Part shown: piece after piece, positions 28,978-39,400 of the stretch
How positions within the stretch are numbered: the stretch's first letter is position 1
How the letters are laid out: each line of letters begins with the position of its first letter
Assembly (NCBI GenBank): GCA_022450585.1
Contig: JAKUPR010000006.1
Coordinates: 175 to 64,174 of the forward strand
Direction of reading: 5' to 3'
Length of the DNA stretch: 64,000 nt
Source: Anaerolineales bacterium
Lineage (GTDB): Bacteria > Chloroflexota > Anaerolineae > Anaerolineales > UBA11657
The notes under the pieces: generated by a model
Told to the model about the DNA's origin: nothing
What the model saw: only the letters and a program-made list of their open reading frames with translations
Database searches by the model: none
Position numbers and translations under genes: made by a program

Positions 28978-30104
28978 AGACCTAAGACGTCTCGCATTTG
29001 CTTGAAAAATCCTTTTTCGTGTTTGTTCTCGCGCGGTTTTGCTCCGTTTTCGAAGGTTTTGTCGAGCTCTGTCAATATCCGGCGTTGGTCTGCGGTCATT
29101 TCGGTTGGTACTACAACAGCAGTAATCACAATTTGGTCTCCACGACCTCTGCCGCGTACGTGAGGTACTCCTCTACCACGCAGCCTGAATATTTCTCCTG
29201 GCTGGGTGCCAGGTGGGATGTCTAGTCTTTCCTCTCCGTCGATTGTGGGTACCATCACCTCTGCTCCAAGTGCTGCTTGGGAGACATTGATTTCTAGCTC
29301 GACGACAATGTCAGTTTGGCGCCTACTGAAAAAAGCATGAGGTGTAACGCTCAAGACTACGTAAAGGTTTCCATTCGGACCACCTTGGTCACCTGGTGAT
29401 CCTTCTCCGGAAAGTCTAATCTGTGTTTCATCGTCTACTCCAGCCGGAATCTTCACCGAGAGTTTCCGTCTGGCGTTTTCATGACCATTACCTTGACACT
29501 GCTTACATGGAGAAAGGACAGCCTCACCACTCCCCCGGCAGTTTGGACAGGCGTTGACGTTCACCATCGATCCTAGGAATGTCTGGCGCACTTGTCGTAC
29601 CTCTCCGCTGCCATTGCACTGGGAACAGCGCGATGGACTGGTGCCGGGCTCAGCGCGGCTTCCCTTACAACGAGAACAGGTCTCCGGACGTGTAATTTCT
29701 ATTTCTCTTGTGGCGCCATGTACCGCTTCTTCAAATGTGATGGTTAGGTCATAGCGGAGGTCTGTTCCCGGTCTTGCACCTCTGCGACCATCACGCCGTG
29801 CTCCGCCGAAGCCTCCAAAAAACTGATCGAATATATCATCAAATGGAAAGCCGCCTGAGAAATCCATATTGCCCATTCCTTGCAAACCTGCGTGTCCATA
29901 CTGGTCATAGGCAGCGCGTTTTTCTGGATCGGAGAGAATACCATAGGCTTCGTTGATTTCCTTGAAGCGTGCATCTGCGCCAACATCTTTGCTTACATCG
30001 GGATGAAGCTTTTTGGCTAGCCTTCGGTACGCGTTCTTGAGTGTGCTGGGGTCTGTGTCCTGCGGCACGCCCAGAATCTCGTAATAGTCTCGTTTATCTG
30101 CCAT
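28974..30104 (-). CDS. dnaJ: Molecular chaperone DnaJ
   Basis: J domain (DYYEILGV...HPD), G/F region and four CxxCxGxG zinc motifs. Confidence 0.95.
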   Translation of the reverse strand: MADKRDYYEILGVPQDTDPSTLKNAYRRLAKKLHPDVSKDVGADARFKEINEAYGILSDPEKRAAYDQYGHAGLQGMGNMDFSGGFPFDDIFDQFFGGFGGARRDGRRGARPGTDLRYDLTITFEEAVHGATREIEITRPETCSRCKGSRAEPGTSPSRCSQCNGSGEVRQVRQTFLGSMVNVNACPNCRGSGEAVLSPCKQCQGNGHENARRKLSVKIPAGVDDETQIRLSGEGSPGDQGGPNGNLYVVLSVTPHAFFSRRQTDIVVELEINVSQAALGAEVMVPTIDGEERLDIPPGTQPGEIFRLRGRGVPHVRGRGRGDQIVITAVVVPTEMTADQRRILTELDKTFENGAKPRENKHEKGFFKQMRDVLGL

Positions 30105-30184
30105 CTATCGCAACGTTTTTCTGTGATTCCAATATACAAGGTGTGATTTTGGCTGGTGGCACGCCTTCGATTGCACGTTTTTGA

Positions 30185-32104
30185 TCACTCTTCCTTGAAT
30201 TCGCCCTCAAAAATTTCCTGGTCAGGTTCTTCTTCCTGACCGTCTGGGTCCAAATCTGCTTTCGAATCTTGGGTATTAACATCCGCTTCACTGTCCTGTT
30301 GCTGTTGGTGAGCATCCTCACCTATTCTCTGAATTTCCTGCTGTAATGTGTTAGTGGCAGCGCGGATGGCCTCCAGGTCCTCTCCGGCAAGTGTCTTGCG
30401 AAGAGCGTCAAGAGCATCTTCCACGCCAGCTTTTATTTCCGGGTCGGCTTGCTCGCCTAGGTCTTTTAGTGCGCGCTCGGCGGAGTACGTGGCTGTATCT
30501 CCAGCATTAATTACCTCTATCCGTTCCTTACGTTGTCGATCTTCGTCATGGTGCTCTCTTGCTGCCGATACCATGCTCTCAATCTCATCTTCTGAGAGTC
30601 CAGATGACCCTTGAATTGTAATGTTCTGACTACGGTTTGTAGCTTTGTCTTGAGCTGCAACGTTTAATATTCCATCTGAGTCCAAATCAAAAGTAACTTC
30701 GATTTGTGGTACTCCGCGCGGTGCCGGAGGGATTCCATCAAGCACAAATTTTCCTAGACTTTTGTTGTCGGTGGCCATTTGGCGTTCGCCTTGCAATACA
30801 TTAATTTCGACTGAACTTTGCATATCTGAGGCGGTGGAAAATACCTGGCTTTTGCTAGTAGGTATGGTTGTGTTTCGTTCAATTAATGCTGTAGATACGC
30901 CGCCAAGAGTTTCTATGCTGAGGGTGAGAGGTGTGACATCTAGCAGAAGGACGTCCGTTACGTCGCCTCCGAGAACTCCTGCTTGGATTGCAGCTCCAAC
31001 AGCTACCACCTCATCTGGATTGACTTTCTTGTGAGGTTCGCGTCCAAATAGTTCTCTGACGGCTTGCTGTACTGCAGGCATACGCGTCATTCCTCCGACG
31101 AGAACAACTTCGTCCACGTTTTCTGGTTTCAAGCGCGCGTCTTCAAGAGCTGCCTGTACGGGCAGCATTGACTGCTCTACCAGATCCGCTGTAAGCTGCT
31201 CCAACTTTGCTCGCGTAAGAGTGTAATTCAAGTGTTTTGGGCCGCTAGTGTCCGCAGTGATAAAGGGAAGGTTAATTTCAGTTTGCATTACAGTGCTGAG
31301 CTCAATCTTTGCCTTTTCGGCAGCTTCTCTTAGACGTTGCAGTGCTTGACGGTCCTGGCGTAAATCGATGCCATGGTCTTTTTGATATTCGTCTGCCAGC
31401 CATTCAAGTACCCGTAAGTCGAAATCATCTCCGCCTAGATGAGTGTTGCCATTGGTGGCACGCACTTCGAAAACACCGTCCCCTACATCTAGAACAGAAA
31501 TATCAAAGGTGCCACCTCCTAGGTCAAACACTGCAATAGTTTCCTCAGATTTTTCTTCAAGTCCATAAGCAAGGGATGAAGCTGTGGGCTCGTTGATTAT
31601 TCGCAGCACTTCCAAGCCAGCAATGCGGCCCGCATCTTTGGTAGCTTGCCTTTGTGTGTCGTTGAAGTAAGCTGGTACGGTAATTACTGCCTGAGTAATG
31701 GCTTCTCCTAAATAAGCCTCAGCATCATCTTTTAGTTTTGCGAGCACCATAGCTGATATTTCCTGGGGGGAGTATTCCTTTTCACCCATATGAACCCTTA
31801 AATCTCCGTTGGGGGCTGCGGAAATCTCGTATGGTGTGTGGCTCATGGCACGCTGTACTTCGGGGTCATCAAATTTTCTGCCGATGAATCGCTTAATGGA
31901 GAAGAGTGTATTTTCAGGATTTGTAATAGCCTGTCTACGCGCAACTTGACCCACTAGACGCTCCCCGGTTTTAGTGTTCATGGCTACAACTGAAGGCACT
32001 AGTCGGCCACCCTCAGAGCTGGAAATCACTGTGGGCTCCCCGGCTTCCATAATTGACACAACTGAGTTGGTAGTACCGAGGTCGATGCCTATTATCTTAC
32101 CCAT
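30185..32104 (-). CDS. dnaK: Molecular chaperone DnaK (Hsp70)
   Basis: [17 protein letters not shown] and [10 protein letters not shown] signatures. 639 aa. Confidence 0.97.
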   Translation of the reverse strand: MGKIIGIDLGTTNSVVSIMEAGEPTVISSSEGGRLVPSVVAMNTKTGERLVGQVARRQAITNPENTLFSIKRFIGRKFDDPEVQRAMSHTPYEISAAPNGDLRVHMGEKEYSPQEISAMVLAKLKDDAEAYLGEAITQAVITVPAYFNDTQRQATKDAGRIAGLEVLRIINEPTASSLAYGLEEKSEETIAVFDLGGGTFDISVLDVGDGVFEVRATNGNTHLGGDDFDLRVLEWLADEYQKDHGIDLRQDRQALQRLREAAEKAKIELSTVMQTEINLPFITADTSGPKHLNYTLTRAKLEQLTADLVEQSMLPVQAALEDARLKPENVDEVVLVGGMTRMPAVQQAVRELFGREPHKKVNPDEVVAVGAAIQAGVLGGDVTDVLLLDVTPLTLSIETLGGVSTALIERNTTIPTSKSQVFSTASDMQSSVEINVLQGERQMATDNKSLGKFVLDGIPPAPRGVPQIEVTFDLDSDGILNVAAQDKATNRSQNITIQGSSGLSEDEIESMVSAAREHHDEDRQRKERIEVINAGDTATYSAERALKDLGEQADPEIKAGVEDALDALRKTLAGEDLEAIRAATNTLQQEIQRIGEDAHQQQQDSEADVNTQDSKADLDPDGQEEEPDQEIFEGEFKEE

Positions 32105-32125
32105 AATTACTGTTTCCTTTGCGTT

Positions 32126-32752
32126 TTATTTGGCCACGCGCACTTGAGTTGGCCGTAACACGCGCTCACCTAATTGATATCCAGATCGTACGACGGCGAT
32201 TATAACGTCGGTCTCGTATTCCGGATGCTCTTCTTGGACGATCGCCTCATGGAAATGTGGGTCGAATTCATGCCCTGCTTCGGCTTCAATTGGTGTGACC
32301 CCCTCTCCCTCAAGCACAGACACAAGCTTTCGATGTACCATGTTTACTCCTTCACTCCACGCAGCGCCATCTCCGCTGTTTGGCAGCGAATCTAGGGCTA
32401 GTACTAGGTCGTCTAGAATCGGGAAGAACATTGTTAGTAAAGATGCGGCAGCGTTCTGGCGAATCAGCTGCATGTCTCGCGTGGTGCGACGTTTGTAGTT
32501 TTGGAAATCCGCCAGAGAACGCTGCTGTCCATCTAATCTCTCTGCCGCCAATGCTTCGGCAGCGGCAAGTTTATCTATCAACTGTTCGACAGTGAGTTCG
32601 TCCGGTGAAACCTCCGCTATGTCGTCTTCATCATGTACTGTTGCTTCTTCTCCGTCTTCCTGATTGTGTTCAGGAGTTGCGCTTGTTGGCTCATCATCTA
32701 GGCTTTTTTTTGTAGGCTGCTCTTTCAGTATATTTTTTTCTTCGTCAATCAC
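32126..32752 (-). CDS. grpE: Nucleotide exchange factor GrpE
   Basis: Acidic N-terminus, the coiled region (..DFQNYKRR) and a C-terminal beta domain (F.P..HEA). Position is between hrcA and dnaK. Confidence 0.9.
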   Translation of the reverse strand: MIDEEKNILKEQPTKKSLDDEPTSATPEHNQEDGEEATVHDEDDIAEVSPDELTVEQLIDKLAAAEALAAERLDGQQRSLADFQNYKRRTTRDMQLIRQNAAASLLTMFFPILDDLVLALDSLPNSGDGAAWSEGVNMVHRKLVSVLEGEGVTPIEAEAGHEFDPHFHEAIVQEEHPEYETDVIIAVVRSGYQLGERVLRPTQVRVAK

Positions 32753-32827
32753 AGAATCACTCCATTATTGATGGTCGATTGGGATTCTTCGCTCCGGGGT
32801 TGCTTGCTATTTTGCGGCTCCCATTTG

Positions 32828-33865
32828 TCACCCGTAGCTTTCGTGTACTAGACTGGTCATTAGGTGTGCAACGTGGCGCACGGCTCCTATGGCGCGCTCA
32901 TAGGCCATGCGCGTTGGGCCAAAAACACCGATTGCACCAGTAGCCACGTTGGGAGAACCGTAACGCGCCAGTACCATAGAGTATTCACGAAGCTCGCTCC
33001 AATCTCCTTCTCCGGCGATGACCACCTGTACGCCGCCAATACGTGGACTGAGCGCTGAAGCCAGAAAATCCTCGAGGAAGGTTCGTTTCTCCAGTAGTTG
33101 CAGTGCCTTACGCGCCTTGGCAGAATCGGTGAACTCTTGCTCAGAGAGCACATTTTGTACTCCGTCTAGATACAGCTCGCCAGCTACGAACGAATCGGCT
33201 TGGCGCATCGTTGTGGCCATTTGTACTAGAATCGTGCGTTCTAACCAGCTTGCGACCGAATTGCTCCTATTTTCGACGGCGTCGGCTCCATGTCTCCGAC
33301 ATTTCTCCGTTAATCGCGATGCGATTTTCGATAGTTCTGCTTGTAATACTGGCTGCTTCAGCGTGCAGAGTTGCTGCAACACTTCTCCACCTTGGAGCAC
33401 TAAAACCATTAGAATTTGATGCCCATGGGTTGATATGAGCTCAATATGTTTACATCTTGCTTGTGGACTGTGTAGTGCAGTAACTAGTGAGGCGGCTTGT
33501 GTGTGATGCGCAAGTACGGCTGCGGCCAGACGGCCCCATTGGTCTACACTGGTACGAGCCTGATGGAACTGGTGGCTTATCAGGCGCCGCTCCGCTGAGG
33601 GTAGGGAATCGTCATTTACCAATCGCCCTACGAAGTAGCGGTATCCAGATTCAGTAGGGATGCGACCTGCGGAGGTGTATGGCTGATTGAGGAATCCTAG
33701 TCGTGTGAGAGCTGCCATCTCGTTACGTACTGTGGCGGAACTATAGTCGAGCTTGTGTTTCTCCACAAGCCTTTTTGAGCTTACCCCGCTCTTACGGGGG
33801 AACTCCACATATTCGCGCACAATCAGGCCTAGTAGCCTTTCTTGGCGACCAGTAAGTGTTTCCAT
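32828..33865 (-). CDS. hrcA: Heat-inducible transcription repressor HrcA
   Basis: N-terminal wHTH (LTGRQERLLGLIVREYV...VSSKRLV....SSATVRNEMAALT..GFL.QPYTSAGRIPT). First gene of the operon, with CIRCE upstream. Confidence 0.92.
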   Translation of the reverse strand: METLTGRQERLLGLIVREYVEFPRKSGVSSKRLVEKHKLDYSSATVRNEMAALTRLGFLNQPYTSAGRIPTESGYRYFVGRLVNDDSLPSAERRLISHQFHQARTSVDQWGRLAAAVLAHHTQAASLVTALHSPQARCKHIELISTHGHQILMVLVLQGGEVLQQLCTLKQPVLQAELSKIASRLTEKCRRHGADAVENRSNSVASWLERTILVQMATTMRQADSFVAGELYLDGVQNVLSEQEFTDSAKARKALQLLEKRTFLEDFLASALSPRIGGVQVVIAGEGDWSELREYSMVLARYGSPNVATGAIGVFGPTRMAYERAIGAVRHVAHLMTSLVHESYG

Positions 33866-33893
33866 AGGTGTTAGAAATGTCTCAGAGTGCTAA

Positions 33894-33920
33894 TTAGCAC
33901 TCTCAATATGAGAGTGCTAA
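33894..33920. promoter_or_regulatory. CIRCE operator (HrcA binding site)
   Basis: TTAGCACTC-N9-GAGTGCTAA, a perfect match to the CIRCE consensus, 29 nt upstream of the hrcA start codon. Confidence 0.9.
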
Positions 33921-33932
33921 GGAATGAAGTCC

Positions 33933-33962
33933 ATGATACCATGAGGGATTAATACGTGTCAA
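33933..33962 (-). promoter_or_regulatory. Sigma-A-type promoter of the hrcA-grpE-dnaK-dnaJ-prmA operon
   Basis: On the minus strand: TTGACA (33962-33957), an 18-nt spacer, then TATCAT (33938-33933). CIRCE begins 12 nt downstream of the -10 element. Confidence 0.6.
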
Positions 33963-34005
33963 GAAACGCGGTATAATCGTGATTTGTAGTTGTAGGGAGA
34001 TTATT

Positions 34006-34416
34006 ATGGGTAAACATCCAATTCGGGTGCTTATTGCAAAACTTGGGCTTGATGGCCATGATCGTGGAGCGAAAATCATTGCCCGGTCCTTGCGGGATGC
34101 TGGAATGGAGGTGGTCTACACTGGCCTACGCCAAACTCCGGCGATGATAGCAGAGGCAGCCTTGCACGAGGATGTTAATGTGGTAGGTATTTCTATTCTG
34201 TCCGGGGCACACAATACTCTACTTCCAACTTTGATGGATAAACTGAGGGAACAAAACTTGGCTCATATTCCAGTTATTGTGGGCGGGATTGTCCCTGATT
34301 GTGACGTAAACACTCTGATGGATGCGGGCGTCTCGGCTGTTTTTGGTCCTGGAACACTGACAAGTGATATTGTCACATCAATTGCTAATGTCATTGAGAG
34401 TGATCTCCAAGACTGA
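34006..34416 (+). CDS. Cobalamin-binding subunit/domain of a methylmalonyl-CoA-mutase-family enzyme
   Basis: RVLIAKLGLDGHDRGAKIIARSLRDAGMEVVYTG contains the DxHxxG B12 motif. The ATG at 34006 follows AGGGAGA. The track start at 33979 is less likely. Confidence 0.85.
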   Translation: MGKHPIRVLIAKLGLDGHDRGAKIIARSLRDAGMEVVYTGLRQTPAMIAEAALHEDVNVVGISILSGAHNTLLPTLMDKLREQNLAHIPVIVGGIVPDCDVNTLMDAGVSAVFGPGTLTSDIVTSIANVIESDLQD

Positions 34417-34455
34417 TTATTTGACTTAATTATCCATATTATCTTTTGCACGCCA

Positions 34456-35460
34456 ATGTCTCTAGCAAAAAAAATCATATCTGGTGATCGGAGGGCACTA
34501 GCGCGTGTGCTGACTCTTGTAGAGAATGGAGATGCTCATAGTAAGGATATTCTTGCGGAGCTGCATCCTTATGGGGGAAAAGCGCATTTTGTGGGAGTGA
34601 CCGGTGCTCCTGGTGTGGGTAAATCTAGTTTGGTGAATTTTTTAGCACAATCATTGCGTGTACTGGGGGATACGGTCGGTGTGTTGGCGGTAGATCCCTC
34701 TAGTCCTTTTGGTAGCGGAGCGATCCTTGGTGACCGGGTGCGTATGGCAGACTTGACGGGTGATGACGGTATTTACATTCGGAGTATGGCGAGTCGTGGC
34801 GCAGTGGGAGGTTTGGCATATGCGACTGGAGCAGCGGCGGATGTGCTTGATGCCGCTGGCTTTAATTATGTGATCATAGAAACTGTAGGTGTTGGTCAGT
34901 CCGGAGTTGAGATATCTAACCATGTTCACACCACAATAGTGTTGGTTGCATCTGGCGCTGGTGATGATGTTCAGGCAATAAAGTCTGGTATTTTGGAGAC
35001 AGCCGATATTTTGGTGGTCAACAAGGCTGACCTTCCTGGTGCTGAACATGTTCTTGCTGACATGAGGTCTAATGTGGTGATGAATCCAAGCCCAGCGCCT
35101 AGTGATCATCATGCTAAATCGAAGCAGTTTGATGGCAGTGATTTAGCATGGCGAGTGCCTCTACTGTCCACTGTAGCTAGGTCTGGGGACGGTGTGGATT
35201 TGCTGATCAAAAGTTTGCTGCAGCACTGGGAGTATCTGGAGAATAGTGCTGAGATAGACAATCGTCGGCGGACACGCATTCGCGCTATACTTGAGTCTCT
35301 TCTTCGTAATCGGTTGTATACTAGGTTCATGGAAGACATTTCTCGAAAGCAATTTGATGCTCTCTTGGAGTCGATTGTGTTGCGGGATATAGATCCTTAC
35401 AGTGCTGCTGCTAGACTGATTGAAGAAAAATACAAAGCATCTTGCTTGGACAAGGCTTGA
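34456..35460 (+). CDS. meaB: Methylmalonyl-CoA mutase-associated GTPase MeaB/ArgK
   Basis: P-loop GVTGAPGVGKSS, ETVGVGQS and NKAD motifs typical of the G3E family MeaB. Confidence 0.88.
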   Translation: MSLAKKIISGDRRALARVLTLVENGDAHSKDILAELHPYGGKAHFVGVTGAPGVGKSSLVNFLAQSLRVLGDTVGVLAVDPSSPFGSGAILGDRVRMADLTGDDGIYIRSMASRGAVGGLAYATGAAADVLDAAGFNYVIIETVGVGQSGVEISNHVHTTIVLVASGAGDDVQAIKSGILETADILVVNKADLPGAEHVLADMRSNVVMNPSPAPSDHHAKSKQFDGSDLAWRVPLLSTVARSGDGVDLLIKSLLQHWEYLENSAEIDNRRRTRIRAILESLLRNRLYTRFMEDISRKQFDALLESIVLRDIDPYSAAARLIEEKYKASCLDKA

Positions 35461-35463
35461 GTT

Positions 35464-36444
35464 ATGACACAGACAAACTTACGTGACCCACGCATGTACG
35501 GTGAAATTCGACTATACGCCGGTTCCGCCAGCCCGGAGCTTGCCGGGGAAATTAGTGATTATCTTGGAGTACCTTTGAGTGGTCGCGATTTGTTGAGTTT
35601 TCCCAACGAGAATCTTTTCTGCAGATTGCACGCTAGTGCACGAGGACAGGATGCTTATGTAATTCAGAGCACAACGTCACCAGTGAATGACAATTTAATG
35701 GAATTACTCATCATGCTTCAGACTCTGCGTCTGGATTCAGTTGGTCGGTTAACTGCGGTTGTGCCCTATCTGTGTTATTCACGCTCCGACAAAAAGGATC
35801 AGCCGCGCGTGGCCATTGCCGCACGCTTAGTGGCCAACATGATTGAGGTGGCTGGTACAGATCGTTACATGACCCTTGATTTGCATGCTGGACAGATTCA
35901 GGGCTTTTTTTCTATTCCTGGTGATGCTTTGACTGCCTTTCACATCTTAAGTGACCATTTTGAACAGCACTCCGAGAATATGCACAATCCAGTCGTTGTG
36001 ACTGCAGATTTGGGATTTGCAAAGAAAGGGCGCAACTTTGCCGCCAGACTGGGTTTGCCGATAGCATTTATTGAGAAGCGCCGACAGCAAAATGATTCCC
36101 GGGCTGAGGCCGTTGGAGTGATCGGAGATGTGAATGACCGCGATGTAATCATTGTTGATGATGAAGTGGATACGGCCGGCTCTGTTACAGAGGCCTATCA
36201 CATTGTCAAAGACAATGGAGCGCGAGATGTGTACCTTTCTTTTGTGCATGCCGTCCTGTCGGATCCGGCGATCGAACGATTGCAGGCAACTGATTTCAAG
36301 GCGATTGTTACCACTAATACAGTACATATTCCTGTGGCCAAGAAGCTTCCCAATATGACTGTGCTGTCTATCGCCCCTTTGCTCGCAGAAGTTATTTTGC
36401 GTGCTCATGAGGGTCGCAGTGTCGGAGAGATGTTTAACGAATAG
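35464..36444 (+). CDS. prs: Ribose-phosphate pyrophosphokinase
   Basis: Motifs YLCYSRSDKK, DLHAGQIQGFF and the PRPP loop VIIVDDEVDTAGS. Confidence 0.9.
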   Translation: MTQTNLRDPRMYGEIRLYAGSASPELAGEISDYLGVPLSGRDLLSFPNENLFCRLHASARGQDAYVIQSTTSPVNDNLMELLIMLQTLRLDSVGRLTAVVPYLCYSRSDKKDQPRVAIAARLVANMIEVAGTDRYMTLDLHAGQIQGFFSIPGDALTAFHILSDHFEQHSENMHNPVVVTADLGFAKKGRNFAARLGLPIAFIEKRRQQNDSRAEAVGVIGDVNDRDVIIVDDEVDTAGSVTEAYHIVKDNGARDVYLSFVHAVLSDPAIERLQATDFKAIVTTNTVHIPVAKKLPNMTVLSIAPLLAEVILRAHEGRSVGEMFNE

Positions 36445-36453
36445 CACGGTAGT

Positions 36454-39400
36454 ATGTTTAAGAAGCTGCTAACAGCGGTCGGGGGAAACCCGACTGAGCG
36501 CGACCTGGAAGAGTATGAAATTGTCGCTGATGCAATCTCCGCCTTAGAACCTGAATATCAGGCGCTTACCGATTCTGAGCTTTGCCACAAAACAGACTTT
36601 TTTCGAGAGCACCTGAGTAGCGCCATCTCTGGAATTACCGATGAAGAAGCCATAGCCGATGCTGAAGCAATTGCTCTTGATGACATTCTGGTTCCGGCGT
36701 TTGCCACGGTCAGGGAAGCTGCAGTCCGTACCATCGGATTGCGCCATTACCCAGTTCAACTAATTGGCGGCCAGGTGCTTCACGCAGGTCGCATTGCGGA
36801 AATGCGTACCGGCGAGGGAAAAACTTTGGTGGCGACTCTGCCTCTTTACCTGAACGCGCTTCTGGGCCGTGGCTCGCATCTGGTGACGGTCAACGATTAC
36901 CTGGCTCGCCGTGATGCGAAATGGATGGGCCCAATATTTCATTTGCTTGGCATGCGAGTTGGTATTCTCCAGGACGCTGGTCGTACTGACAACGCACAAA
37001 TGGCCTTCGTTTTTGATCCTGAGCACGAGACGTCGCAAGAGGATAGCAACCGTATGCGGATTGTGCCTCGACGTGAGGCTTACGATGCTGATATCACTTA
37101 CGGTACAAACAATGAATTTGGATTTGATTATCTGCGTGATAATATCGCTAATCGCTTGGATGAAAGACGGCAGGGAATGTTGCATTACGCCATAATTGAT
37201 GAAGTAGATAATGTACTCATTGATAGTGCGCGTACTCCACTGATTATCTCTGGGCCTGCACAGCACGATCCGACTATGTACGCGGAGCTAGCACAGGTTG
37301 TGCGTCAGTTAAAACCTAATCATTATGATATTGATGACCGCGCACGTGGAATATCCATTACCGATGAAGGCTACGATCGGGTTGAAGAACTACTTGGCCG
37401 GATGCTCCGTGATCCCGATCGTCCGGAGGACATCACCCCAGAGCAAGCGCAGATTCAATCGCATTTGGAACAGGCGATGCGAGCCGAATTCATTTTTAAG
37501 CGGAACAAAGATTATCTAGTGAGAAGCGGTCATGTGGTCATTGTAGACGATTTCACTGGTCGGGTGATGCCAGGACGCCGCTGGTCTGATGGACTACATC
37601 AAGCTGTGGAGGCTAAGGAAGGAGTGGATATTCAGGCGGAGAATGCTACATACGCTACCATCACTCTGCAGAACTTTTTTCGCATGTATACGAAGCTTTC
37701 TGGTATGTCTGGTACCGCCCTGACTGAAGCTGAGGAATTTGACAAGATTTACAAGATTGACGTTGTTGCAATCCCTACTCATCTTGACTATCGTGCTCGT
37801 GTCGACCCTGATTTGACCGAGGTTGCTTTCCGTGAAAATGGCTCGAGATTTACCTTTATTGCGCATGTGAATGACCCTGATATACCATTACTTCACAGGC
37901 GTAAAGATTATGATGACCTAGTCTTTCGTACCGAGGAGGCCAAGCTCCGTGCCCTTATGCGGGAAGTACTTACCCGTCATGTACGTGGTCAGCCCATGTT
38001 GATTGGTACCACTTCGGTGGAGGCATCTGAACAATTGGCGTCCCGCTTCCGGGGAGATGCCCTACGCATGTTGGCTTTGGTCTGGATACTACGGGATACA
38101 TGGTTCGAGGCCAATGATCGAGAGGAGGATGGTCGCGTAGTGCCGGAACTTGCGCTGTTCAATATGTCGTTGCAGAAACTGAAGACATCGCAATTGAGAC
38201 CCCTCGCAAAAGAGCTGAAACTGCGCTTAAATCCTAATTCTGCTGAAAACATCTCGAGGTTGGGCGATATACTCGGCATTGAATCACAGCTGCATTCAAA
38301 ACTAAGCAAAGTACTTCAGTCGGGTATTTCTTGCCAAGTGTTGAACGCCAAGAAGCATGATGAAGAATCACAAATTATAGCGAGCGCCGGGGAACTTGGA
38401 GCGGTTACTATTGCTACTAATATGGCCGGTCGAGGTGTAGATATCAAGCTAGGCGGTGAAATTACCGAAGAGGCGCTTGCCAACGTCAACCGCGTTTTGA
38501 AGCGCACGGGCAGCAGTGATCCTTTTAGTATGAATCATGAGGAACGTGCTGAGGCAATCTCCGCACTTTCTTCTGATGACTACGGAATTTATGAAGAGGA
38601 GGTGCGGGCATTTCTACAGTATATTGATGACGAACAGAAAGTGCGTGGGTTGGGAGGACTACACGTGGTTGGATCGGAACGCCACGAAGCGCGTCGCATT
38701 GATAACCAACTTCGTGGGCGCGCCTCCCGTCAGGGGGATCCGGGCTCTAGCCGTTTCTACCTTTCCCTAGAGGATGAGCTTATGCGTAGGTTTGGCGGTG
38801 CCAATGTCTCAAACCTTATGGAGCGCTTGAGCATTGATGAGGCAATGCCTATTGAGCATGGCATTGTGAATAAGAGCATAGAGCAGTCACAGACGAGAGT
38901 AGAAGGTGCTAATTTCGACGTGCGCAAACATTTGCTCGAATATGACGATGTACTCAATGTGCAGCGCAACAAATTTTACCAGCAGCGAAATCGTATTTTC
39001 CGCAAGGATGACCTCAGCGAAGACATCGAGGCAATTCTGGTAGCTGAAGTGCGAAGACGGGTGACAGCGTCCAGTGCGGATGAGGAGGGTCATTGGCGGT
39101 TGCTGGCTTGGCTAGATAGCACTCAACCTACGTTACAGCATCCGGATGGCAGCCTTTTCTTTCCCTTCAGCATAGAGTTGATTCTGGATTCATTGGCGCA
39201 GGCGGTACCGGCATTGGGGAACCTCTGGCAGGTGCAGCATCATGCGGGGGATGTTGAAGATTGTGCTCGGGCACTTTCTGGACAACAAACTGAAATTAGA
39301 ACCACACTTTTGCAAATGGCCCGGAGTGCTGCCGATTTAGCACTGGAACGTATGCTGCTTTCATATGATGCCGAGTTAAATACTCTAGCTGCGCAATTGC

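Noticed and set aside
32690-32745. Homopolymer runs (T8 and T7 on the plus strand) inside the grpE 5' region, and an A8 run at the meaB start (about 34470)
   Set aside because: The reading frames are intact across the runs. There is no sign of slippage-dependent frames or alternative products.
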